Of a stretch of 64,000 bases of DNA, positions 1 through 9,389 are shown in pieces. Numbering within the stretch: position 1 is the first letter of the stretch; each line of letters begins with the position of its first letter. Source of the DNA: a virus (Duplodnaviria; Caudoviricetes); the IMG/VR virus record IMGVR_UViG_3300031992_000030, one strand, 5' to 3'. The notes beneath the pieces are model-generated. The model saw only the letters and a program-made list of their open reading frames with translations. It was not told the DNA's origin and made no database searches. The position numbers and the translations under genes were made by a program.

Positions 1-3000
1 TGAAGATTATGTAAGTAGTGATTTTGTTTCACATCACCTTGATGATATTGCTGAAGCTGCTACTGGTAGTGAAACTGCTATTGAAAATTTAAGAAGTAAA
101 TTATCTCAAGATATAATAGCCAATATTGTAGCAGAAAATCATATTTACGACCAAGATTTAAGAGCAGAATTAGAGGGATTATCTGCCGATTTGCCCGATA
201 TAGAAGTTGGTGCTACTCTGACTACTGGTAATTTCTTAGCTACACTAAATGATTTAATTACCCAAACAGGAATGACTGTAGATCAAATTAATGCCCTTTG
301 TGATTCAATGGGATTTGAAGCTACATTTGTTACTGAGCCACAACCAGTTACTAGAACAGGACATGAAACTGTTACAACTACAGAATTTTCAGCAGATGGA
401 AGAGTAATTAATGAAGGTACTCCTTATGAACAAACTATTACTCTTCCAACCTTTACCACAAGAACATATTCTGGCGACGCTTATGATTATACTGATTATA
501 TTGATGCTATTGCTATGAGCACTGATGGTAGTACACCTCAAATTCAATCAATTACAAGAAAACCAAGTGCATCGCATAGTAATTATTCTTCATCCAATGG
601 TGGCGGAAAAAGCCATGGTAAGTCTGGTGGAGGTGGAGGAGGTAAAACTTCACAGAAAAAACCTAAAGATCCAACAGGTGAGATTGAGCGTTATCATGTA
701 ATTAACAACCAAATCGAAGACAATGAAAAGGCTCTTACAAGACTTTCAAAGGCTAAAGATAGAGCTTATGGTAAAGCAAGACTTAGTGCTATGGATGCTG
801 AAATCGCTAAACAGCGTGAATCAGTTGAATTAGCAGAGAGAAAACTCCAAGAGGTTGAGAAATATCTTGAACTTGATAGTGGAGCGATTGCGGCCTTCGG
901 TGCGAAGTTCGACGCGAACGGAACCATTGTTAATTATGACCAGCTCATGCAGGAACAGATTGACAAGTACAATGCAGCGGTTGAGGCTTACAACAATAGT
1001 ACGATGGACGAAAATGCCGAAGCAGTATTCCAGCAAGCCGAAGATGATTACAATGCATTTACTGAAGCACTTAAGCAATATGAGGAAACTCAAGACTTGT
1101 GGTACGAGCAGGCTCAGGCAGTTGCTGATGCCAAGGCAGAAGTATTACAACTTGAACTTGAGAAGACTAATTATAAGGTTGAAATTGGTATCGAATGGGA
1201 AGAAGAAGATATTGCAAGATTAGACTTTATGCTCAAGAGAATTGAAGATGATGCACACAAAGCAGCTGAAGCAATTGGACTTCTTGGTGAGAGAACTGTT
1301 GATGCTATGGATAAGTACAATGTTTATCAGCAAGGCTTTGCAGATACTTTAAGAAATCTTGGTGTTGGTAATGCCGAAGATGTAATCGCAAGAGCATCTG
1401 CTGGTGAAGATTTGTATGGTATGATTGGTAGTATAGTTGACCCTAACGAAATGGCTCAAGCCGTTGATCAGATGGATGATTACATTTCCAACATGATGAG
1501 TTCTCTTGAGGACGCACAGGATAGTGTTGACCAAGCATTTGAAAAGGTTAAAGATTTGTTTAATGAGAATATTAAGCAAATGGACACTTACATTGAGAAG
1601 ATTGAGTTCTGTCAGAAGATTACCAAGTCTTATATGAATATTGTCGATATTGTAGGTAAGAAATCACTTGGTATTACTAATGAAGTGTTAAGAACTTTCA
1701 ATGCTGAATCTGTAACACAGGCGATTAACAATGAGGCCGCAGCAAGAGCCAAAATGGATTCGATTCAGGCCCAGTTGATGGAATCTCAGGCACGACTCGC
1801 GCAAGCCTCTGGCGAACTTGAGCAAAAGTATTGGAACGAAATCATTGAGGAACAAGAGAAAGAACTCATTTCCGCAACAGAAAACTTCCATCAGGCTTGG
1901 GAAGATGCTTTACAGGCAAATCTTGAAGCCTTTGAAAACAATATTGAGTTAGTTGTAGAAGACTTCTCTGATGCTGTTGGTGATCTTAACGCAATGAAGG
2001 CCGAATGGGATCTCCAGAAGAGTCTTACAGATATGTGGGAGCCAGAGTACGAGAGATGGCATCAGTTATCAGATTTAATTAATGATATTAACAAATCTGT
2101 TGATGAAAATGAAAATCTTAAATACAGACAAGACTTACTTGATATTGAAACAGAAATCGAGCAATTACAAGAGCAAGAAGCAAAACTTAGTGAATATGAC
2201 TTGAATTACCTTAGACTTAGATATGAATCTAAGTTGGCCGAGATTGCACTCGAAGAAGCCCAGGCCGCAAAATCTCAAGTTAGAATGTCAAGAGATAATG
2301 AAGGTAATTACAGTTATATTTATACTGCTGATGAAGAAGCCGTTAACAATGCCGCTGATGATTATAGAAACAAAATCTATGAGATGGAAAAGGCTAATGA
2401 GGAATACATTGATACTCTTCAACAACAGCTTTTGGAAATGCACGACAAAATGCTTGAAGATATTAAAGAAGCAGGCGAATTGTATGGCGTAGGCACTCAA
2501 GCTTGGTTAGACGCAATTGCTAGGATTCAAGAAACTTATGTTGGTCAGTCAGAGTTTGTACAATCTCAGATGCAAAATGTATTTACTAACAATCAGAGAC
2601 TTCGTGATGAAGACATCGTTCAGTACATTGCTTACACAGGTGATATAGCAGCAGAAAATGTAGATTTACAGACAAGTTTTGGTGATACTTATATGGGTAT
2701 CCAGACACAAACTGATGATTTACAAACTTACTTCAATGACACTTGGTTACCAGCACTTAATGAAACATTTAGTAACGCAATTCTTAAAGGTGAAGAATAT
2801 TCACAGCAAAACGAAGTTGCTATGGAAACTGCTGGAACTACAATGGACGGTTTCAGAGATAGAGCTTCACAAGATATTCTTGAAGTTACTGAGAAAACTA
2901 CTGAACTTGCTGAAGAGACACAGAATTATGGTGAAACTGCAATAGACCAGTTTGCGCAGGCTGCACGTGCTTGGCAAACAGGTCCTGGTGCTTTACTCGA

Positions 3001-3700
3001 TTCAATCAATGCCCAGGCTCAAGCAATAGCAAATTTGGCTCAACAGTATACAAGTTTGAAGAGTCAATTAGATGCGGCGGCTGAATCAGCAAGACAATTT
3101 GCGGCTGCTCAGTCACAAACTAGAAGTAATAGTTCCATTTCTTATGTTTCCTCTCCTTCCAATGGAGGAAATATTAAGGGAGGTGGGCCAGGCCCGAATT
3201 CTATGGCATCAGGAACACCACCACCGGGATTGGATAGAGAATTTCAAGCTCTTTTGGCTAGATATAATCCTAACGATCCTAATGATCCTACCAAAAAAGA
3301 TCCTAACGCTTTGCTTAGAATTAGAGAACTTCAGGATATGTATCCGGGGTACTTTCTCACCTCCTTTGCTTCTGGTGGTTATACTGGCGATTGGGGTGAT
3401 GATGGTCGTTTCGCAGTTCTCCATCAGAAAGAGCTTGTACTCAATGCAAAGGATACCTCAAATATCCTTACTGCAGTAGATGTAGTAAGACAATTAGCTA
3501 GTTCAATCGACTTCAACACTATGACTGCAGGTCTTGCTACTGCAAGTATTAAGTCTGCTTCTGGTAATTCCGGAACACTTGAACAAAGAGTTGAAATCAC
3601 TGCTAACTTCCCTAACGCAACTGATAGAAACGAAATTGAACAGGCATTCCAGAATATCGTGAACATGGCTTCACAATATGCACAGCGTAAAAACGATTAA
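1..3700 (+). CDS. Tail tape measure protein, C-terminal part (5' end outside the window)
   Basis: The frame is open from nt 2, so the TTG at 191 is not the real start. Long Ala/Glu/Gln helical protein with the TMP-type C-terminal motif FASGGYTGDWG...AVLHQKELVLNA, followed by tail genes. Confidence 0.85.
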   Translation, partial: EDYVSSDFVSHHLDDIAEAATGSETAIENLRSKLSQDIIANIVAENHIYDQDLRAELEGLSADLPDIEVGATLTTGNFLATLNDLITQTGMTVDQINALCDSMGFEATFVTEPQPVTRTGHETVTTTEFSADGRVINEGTPYEQTITLPTFTTRTYSGDAYDYTDYIDAIAMSTDGSTPQIQSITRKPSASHSNYSSSNGGGKSHGKSGGGGGGKTSQKKPKDPTGEIERYHVINNQIEDNEKALTRLSKAKDRAYGKARLSAMDAEIAKQRESVELAERKLQEVEKYLELDSGAIAAFGAKFDANGTIVNYDQLMQEQIDKYNAAVEAYNNSTMDENAEAVFQQAEDDYNAFTEALKQYEETQDLWYEQAQAVADAKAEVLQLELEKTNYKVEIGIEWEEEDIARLDFMLKRIEDDAHKAAEAIGLLGERTVDAMDKYNVYQQGFADTLRNLGVGNAEDVIARASAGEDLYGMIGSIVDPNEMAQAVDQMDDYISNMMSSLEDAQDSVDQAFEKVKDLFNENIKQMDTYIEKIEFCQKITKSYMNIVDIVGKKSLGITNEVLRTFNAESVTQAINNEAAARAKMDSIQAQLMESQARLAQASGELEQKYWNEIIEEQEKELISATENFHQAWEDALQANLEAFENNIELVVEDFSDAVGDLNAMKAEWDLQKSLTDMWEPEYERWHQLSDLINDINKSVDENENLKYRQDLLDIETEIEQLQEQEAKLSEYDLNYLRLRYESKLAEIALEEAQAAKSQVRMSRDNEGNYSYIYTADEEAVNNAADDYRNKIYEMEKANEEYIDTLQQQLLEMHDKMLEDIKEAGELYGVGTQAWLDAIARIQETYVGQSEFVQSQMQNVFTNNQRLRDEDIVQYIAYTGDIAAENVDLQTSFGDTYMGIQTQTDDLQTYFNDTWLPALNETFSNAILKGEEYSQQNEVAMETAGTTMDGFRDRASQDILEVTEKTTELAEETQNYGETAIDQFAQAARAWQTGPGALLDSINAQAQAIANLAQQYTSLKSQLDAAAESARQFAAAQSQTRSNSSISYVSSPSNGGNIKGGGPGPNSMASGTPPPGLDREFQALLARYNPNDPNDPTKKDPNALLRIRELQDMYPGYFLTSFASGGYTGDWGDDGRFAVLHQKELVLNAKDTSNILTAVDVVRQLASSIDFNTMTAGLATASIKSASGNSGTLEQRVEITANFPNATDRNEIEQAFQNIVNMASQYAQRKND

Positions 3701-3704
3701 AATT

Positions 3705-3738
3705 AAGGGGATAGGTTTTATGCCTATCCCCTTTTTTA
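3705..3738 (+). terminator. Rho-independent terminator after the TMP gene
   Basis: AAGGGGATAGG / CCTATCCCCTT stem followed by a T-run. Confidence 0.85.
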
Positions 3739-3812
3739 TTTGGTCGATATTATACAATAATCAGTAAATTTTTTTGAAGTAATAATAGAATATGGAGAGA
3801 AAGGAGAAAACT

Positions 3813-6800
3813 ATGGAAAGTAGCGAATTACAAGAAGGCTTATTTAAAGCAATACAAACTATTGCTAAGTCTGAAGTTAATAAAATGAGTTTTGATAAGA
3901 CACTCATTTGTACTATTAAAGATAATTCCAATGCCGCACGTGGTGAGTATTATGTTACTGATAATTCTTCAAGTTTTTATGCTTATTCAGAAGTAACTAC
4001 TTACCTGGTTGGCGAAACTGTTTTTGTTAAAGTCCCTAATGGTGATTTTAATAATCAAAAACATATTGAAGGTAGATATGTTAGTGCAGCAGGAGAAGAC
4101 TATAACTATGTTTCTCCTTATACTCAATTTGTTAGTTATACAGTAAATCTTATTGATAACCCAGAAACAGAGGGAGAATTGCTTACTAATGCAAATACAG
4201 CTTTAGAAACTCCTAATGAAGATCCTGCTAGTCAGGATACTGGCCCACTCTGGACCGCAAACGCAATAAGTAATGCTAATGGTTTTGATTATGATACAAT
4301 TTACCTTAAAGGAGAATTTAAAACTTTAATAGGTAAAAATGATAAAGATAATAGACAATTACTTACCGGAGAATATGGTTTAATATTAACTTTGAACTTA
4401 GGTTATCTTGATTCTACTGGTACTGAACAAACAGAAATTAAACAATTCATTTTCAGTTCCAATGATATGAATGGTAACCCTTATGACTTTGAAACTTATT
4501 ATGTCCAAGAAAAGATTTTTACTTTAGAAGATAAGTATGTCAAAGATGGATTACGTATATCTAATGCATCTATTAGTTTCTATCAATTGGGTGGAGAATA
4601 TCAATTAGATGAACAAGATAAATATATTTTAGATCCAGAAGTAACTAAAACATTTATAAACATTAACGGCAATCCTGTACCTTGGTCATTTGAAGGTAAT
4701 TTCCTTGACAGCAACCTGTTTGTTAAAAACCTTGACTTACAACTTGGTTATAAACAGGAAAAGATAAATACTGACAAATTAACTATTATGTCAAAAAAGG
4801 TAGATAATGGTTATGGTGTTAATGGACACAATCCTAAACCATTAACTTATTATTCATATTTGCCTGATACAGAAAAGCAAACTTTGATAAAAGAAGGATA
4901 CCCAGAATGGGAAATTGAGAAAGATTATTCAATTTTCTTGGCTAATTATAATAAAAAAATAATTCAAATTGATAAAAAGAATAGTTTTATTGAAATGTTA
5001 CAAAATCATACTGCTTTTGATTTGAACTTGCAGTATAGATTATATCAATATATTGACCCGCAATATGGTGTAGAAGTTGAGCCAGATGAATATGCTGGTG
5101 AGAACTGGAAACTTGTAGGTGGGCCTTATACCAATGATGAATGGACTTATGAGTTTGATCCTAATATAAGTCACGAAAGAGAAGTATTTAAACTTATTGC
5201 CCTCTACGAATCACCTATTGGTTCAGAAGAGGTTATTGATCCTGTAACTGGAGAGGTTGTTGTACCAAACACCAAGCACCGTAGATTAGATAGCGCTGAC
5301 TTAACCTTTGATCTTATGGGTGAAACTCAGAAGCCAGATAATGAATATTTAATAATTGACTGCGATAATGATGGTGAATTTAAGATTTACAATCTCAAGG
5401 GGCAATTAATTAATTCTTGGGAAAAGAATAAGAAAAGATATTTGTACGCACGTAAAGCTAATTCTGAGGCTGTATTACGTTCTATCACTTGGACTATTCC
5501 TTATGTTGATACAATGATAGAGCCAATGTCCTATGAAGAATTCATGGAAGGATATTCTGAAAGAGAAAGAGGATACCAAAAGGACGAAAAAGAAGGAGTT
5601 ATAAATTATACCATTTATAATCCTAAAGAATTAGACTTCTATTTTAGAATAAAAGATTATTTATGTTCCACAAATATTAACAATACTATTTATTGTACCA
5701 CTAGATTTGATTCTGGTACTTCCTATGAATCAATTGCTAAAACTTTAGATTTTTGTACCATAGATTATTTTGGTACAGAGTACAAAATGGATATACGCTT
5801 TGTTAATGGAAAAAATGGTATTGCTGTTGGTGAAGAACAGCGAGTAGAAATTAGAGTCTTAAATGCTAAAAATGAAGATATAACAGAACAATTGATTGAA
5901 AAGGGTTATATCTTTGACCTTGATTGGTATAGTAAACCAGAAGGAAGTGAGATGGACTTCTCGGAATTAGACTACACAGGTAGAGTAGTTCCGGGTAGAT
6001 ATTCTTTCTTACTCAACGCTGAAGATGATATTATCTATGGTAAAAGAATTAATGAAGCCGGTACAAGAATACGTTCAACTGAAGATGAAGAGTATATTCG
6101 TATTATAGAAGATACAGTGGGTGACCAAGGCGACTTGAACTACACAGAAACCCGTGTAATTGAGAGTGATGCAAGTGATCCAAGCATAAAACCTACTCTA
6201 CCTACAGATACTCGTGTTACCGAACTTGGAGAGATCCGTAGAACAGAAACCGATTTTAAGGCTGTTCCAGATTTATTACAACTCTTCAGTTCTCATATAA
6301 TTAGAGCATATATCCGCGGTAGAGAAGACTTTGAGGGAAATGCTACAAGTAGTTTAAATAATAGAATTTTGGTTACTGGATATTTCCCAGTTGCAGTATC
6401 TAGTTCTAACTCGTTCATAACATTTGAGGGACCAACTCAAGTTTTGTACGACTCCAAGGGCGCAAATCCCGCCTATTATAAGAAATCACCTAAATTATAT
6501 TTTATAGATACTGATAGTATAGAAAAAGAAAATACCAATGTTAAATGGGAAATTCTTTATCCTATTGGTGAACCAACTGCAGATTTTCATGAATTTGAAC
6601 TTACTCAACCAGGTAATATCTTAAAAGCACCTCCTATTATAATGGAAGGAAGAAAATGTTTTAATATTATTGCCAAGTCTAATTTAGACGATTCGGTTTT
6701 GTGGATACAACCAGTGCCAGTGTTTAAAGATCTGTGGGATGATCCAATTTTGAACAATTGGAAGGCCAATAATGCTTCTATTGGTTCAGTGGTTACTGGT

Positions 6801-7574
6801 ATTTCTCATTTAAATCATAATGGTAAACTTTCTGGAGTTTTTCTTGGCGAATTAGAAGATTCTGATAGAATGGCTTATTTGGAGCAATTAAAAGTAACAA
6901 AGTTAGAAGAAATTGATAATACAATGAGTGAAATTAATGCAGCGTTTATTGTATTGGATAACTTGTATACGCAAGGCGCTTCAGATGAGCGGATAGCCGC
7001 ACAAATTGCAATTATCAATGATTTAAATAACCAATTAAGCCAAAAGCAAGAAGAATTAGCACAAATAAACAATGACATAGAAACTTGTGAGAAAATCATA
7101 GGCTTATTTGGAATACGTAATACTAATGATGTTTACTTTAAACTTACAGAATTTGGTGATTTTGCTGTTGGTGAAAATGATGAAATTAAAATTGGATATT
7201 CTGATAAGTTAATTCAAAGTAGTGATAAATCTTCTATTTTATTGAATTTACGAGATGGTAAATTTAATTTTAATCATAAAAATTTGATTATAAACCCAGA
7301 TGCTTCTGATGGTGTAGTGATTAAAACACCGGATTTGAGTTTATATAGTAATGGTTTAATTGAAACCAATTCTGATAAAATTAAAGTACAAGGAAATGAA
7401 TTAAAAGTAACTGTACTAGATTTAAAAGATCCGAGAACAGATATAATAAGACGTTATAGAGTTCTTGCGGAAGACCTTGGTAGTATTGTTGAAAATTACC
7501 TTGAGTTTGAAAGCGGTAAAGCATTTGAATTGTTTGATGGCTCTTTCTTTGAATTGGAGAAAGAGGCCCAATAA
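3813..7574 (+). CDS. Large tail/baseplate structural protein
   Basis: About 1253 aa, with an AAGGAG RBS before the ATG at 3813. It directly follows the TMP, is beta-rich and acidic, and has an inserted coiled coil near the C-terminus. Confidence 0.6.
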   Translation: MESSELQEGLFKAIQTIAKSEVNKMSFDKTLICTIKDNSNAARGEYYVTDNSSSFYAYSEVTTYLVGETVFVKVPNGDFNNQKHIEGRYVSAAGEDYNYVSPYTQFVSYTVNLIDNPETEGELLTNANTALETPNEDPASQDTGPLWTANAISNANGFDYDTIYLKGEFKTLIGKNDKDNRQLLTGEYGLILTLNLGYLDSTGTEQTEIKQFIFSSNDMNGNPYDFETYYVQEKIFTLEDKYVKDGLRISNASISFYQLGGEYQLDEQDKYILDPEVTKTFININGNPVPWSFEGNFLDSNLFVKNLDLQLGYKQEKINTDKLTIMSKKVDNGYGVNGHNPKPLTYYSYLPDTEKQTLIKEGYPEWEIEKDYSIFLANYNKKIIQIDKKNSFIEMLQNHTAFDLNLQYRLYQYIDPQYGVEVEPDEYAGENWKLVGGPYTNDEWTYEFDPNISHEREVFKLIALYESPIGSEEVIDPVTGEVVVPNTKHRRLDSADLTFDLMGETQKPDNEYLIIDCDNDGEFKIYNLKGQLINSWEKNKKRYLYARKANSEAVLRSITWTIPYVDTMIEPMSYEEFMEGYSERERGYQKDEKEGVINYTIYNPKELDFYFRIKDYLCSTNINNTIYCTTRFDSGTSYESIAKTLDFCTIDYFGTEYKMDIRFVNGKNGIAVGEEQRVEIRVLNAKNEDITEQLIEKGYIFDLDWYSKPEGSEMDFSELDYTGRVVPGRYSFLLNAEDDIIYGKRINEAGTRIRSTEDEEYIRIIEDTVGDQGDLNYTETRVIESDASDPSIKPTLPTDTRVTELGEIRRTETDFKAVPDLLQLFSSHIIRAYIRGREDFEGNATSSLNNRILVTGYFPVAVSSSNSFITFEGPTQVLYDSKGANPAYYKKSPKLYFIDTDSIEKENTNVKWEILYPIGEPTADFHEFELTQPGNILKAPPIIMEGRKCFNIIAKSNLDDSVLWIQPVPVFKDLWDDPILNNWKANNASIGSVVTGISHLNHNGKLSGVFLGELEDSDRMAYLEQLKVTKLEEIDNTMSEINAAFIVLDNLYTQGASDERIAAQIAIINDLNNQLSQKQEELAQINNDIETCEKIIGLFGIRNTNDVYFKLTEFGDFAVGENDEIKIGYSDKLIQSSDKSSILLNLRDGKFNFNHKNLIINPDASDGVVIKTPDLSLYSNGLIETNSDKIKVQGNELKVTVLDLKDPRTDIIRRYRVLAEDLGSIVENYLEFESGKAFELFDGSFFELEKEAQ

Positions 7575-7585
7575 AGGAGACAAAG

Positions 7586-7909
7586 GTGATGAATAAATTA
7601 ACTAAAACAATGACAAATGAACAAATTTATCGTATTGCCATAGGGTTTTATAAAAACTTTAATGGGGATTTAATCCTCCCCATTAAAGTTAATTTTTACT
7701 TAACAAAGAATAAAAATTACTTCTTGGAGTTAGGACAACAAATTGAAGAGTTTAGGGATAAAATTCGTGGCGATTATGATAAGTTAAAAGAACTTTCTGA
7801 ATTACAACAGGAAGTATCTTTTTATCAAGTTTCTTTAGAAGATTTTGGTGACATAAATCTTTCGATGGAACAATTAGAAACATTAGAATTTATGATAAAG
7901 GAGGAGTGA
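7586..7909 (+). CDS. Small tail-region protein (possibly DUF1617-like)
   Basis: AGGAG RBS; LPIKVNFYLTKN segment followed by a helix, as in small tail-operon proteins. Confidence 0.45.
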   Translation: MMNKLTKTMTNEQIYRIAIGFYKNFNGDLILPIKVNFYLTKNKNYFLELGQQIEEFRDKIRGDYDKLKELSELQQEVSFYQVSLEDFGDINLSMEQLETLEFMIKEE

Positions 7910-7912
7910 TGA

Positions 7913-9388
7913 ATGGCAAAACTTAACCCGCCAATTTTGGAAAATTTAGTTCCACCTATGGTTAAACCAGAAGCAAGTACAACGGCAAGAGTAGTTATTC
8001 CCTATGTCATGAATCGCTCAGTTGGTATTAGTGGAGTTTCTGGCATAAAAGTCAAATTTAGAACAATCGGTGGTATACAGATAGGAGAAGTTGAAGATGC
8101 TTCAAGTTTTACTGAAACTGAAGTTGTAATAAATGCACTTGATATATCAAAATTTAATGTTGGTCAATACTACAAAGTGCAAATAGCCTACGTAGATGGT
8201 TCTGATGAAATAGGTTACTACTCAAGTGTAGGAATAATTAAATATATTGCTGCACCTTCTATAACTTGTACACAGAGAACAGACTTGGGCGATTTTTATT
8301 ACAGAGGCGTTTATATACCAAATGAAGAAGATAAGACAGAAAAATTTTATTCTTCTCATTTTGAATTATATAAAAATGATGTGTTGATAGAATCAACAGA
8401 AGAAAAATTGCATATGAATTCTGATAGTGATTACGAAGATTACGAGATTCGTAGAGATTTAGATTTTGATAATAATACTTATAAGGTAGAATTTGTTGCT
8501 ACAAGTGTAAATGGATATGTGGGTGCGGCCCTCGTTAATGTAGTACCGCAAGAACTAGTTCCTTTTCCCACAGAGACTCAATTAGTAGCAACTAATAATT
8601 ACGAGAATGGTTATGTGCAGTTAACTACAACAGGAGAAGCATTATCCAATAACTACACTTACACTATTTGGAGAAAAGCAAATAATTCAGAAAATTGGGA
8701 AAAGTTAAACATTATTTTCATTCAACCATATCAAGATTTTACTGTTGAGCACGGCATTACTTATATTTATGCTATACAAGGTATTCCCACTGGCGCGGGA
8801 AACGCGACCGAGAAGCTGCTCGCCCAACCACTGGCCGCACGTTTCGAGGATATTTGTTTAGGAGATAAAGATAAGCATTTAAGAATACAATACAATCCTA
8901 AAATTAATTCTTTCAAGCGAACAGTTCTTGAATCTAAGATTGACACTATTGGTAGTAAATATCCTATGATTATGAGAAATGGAAATGTCGATTATCGAGA
9001 AATTGGTATAGGAGGTCTTATTTCTTATCTCATTGATCCAGATGAGTTGTTTATGGATTTTGAGGACGAACATGGCAATAAGTATCGTCCAAGCACGGTT
9101 ACAGACAATACAAATGTTCCACCTTTACCAACCGCACTCTCTGATGAAAATAGATATAAAGAAAGATTATTTAGAGAAGCAGTACTTACTTGGCTTACCA
9201 ATGGTGAACCAAAGTATTTCCGTTCTCCAACTGAAGGAAACCATATTATCAGAGTTATGAATGTAAGTTTAACCCCTAATGATACTTTAGGCAGACTTAT
9301 TTATTCATTCTCTGCTACTGGTTATGAAATAGATGATGATACATATGACAATTTGGTAAAAGACAGATTGGCAGGATGGGAGGCGTAA
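7913..9388 (+). CDS. Minor tail protein (Ig/FN3-like domains plus a distal-tail-like C-terminus)
   Basis: AAGGAGG RBS; FN3-like motif YQDFTVEHGITYIYAIQ; C-terminal WLTNGEPKYFRSPTEGN...YSFSATGYEI; tail operon context. Confidence 0.6.
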   Translation: MAKLNPPILENLVPPMVKPEASTTARVVIPYVMNRSVGISGVSGIKVKFRTIGGIQIGEVEDASSFTETEVVINALDISKFNVGQYYKVQIAYVDGSDEIGYYSSVGIIKYIAAPSITCTQRTDLGDFYYRGVYIPNEEDKTEKFYSSHFELYKNDVLIESTEEKLHMNSDSDYEDYEIRRDLDFDNNTYKVEFVATSVNGYVGAALVNVVPQELVPFPTETQLVATNNYENGYVQLTTTGEALSNNYTYTIWRKANNSENWEKLNIIFIQPYQDFTVEHGITYIYAIQGIPTGAGNATEKLLAQPLAARFEDICLGDKDKHLRIQYNPKINSFKRTVLESKIDTIGSKYPMIMRNGNVDYREIGIGGLISYLIDPDELFMDFEDEHGNKYRPSTVTDNTNVPPLPTALSDENRYKERLFREAVLTWLTNGEPKYFRSPTEGNHIIRVMNVSLTPNDTLGRLIYSFSATGYEIDDDTYDNLVKDRLAGWEA

Positions 9389-9389
9389 T

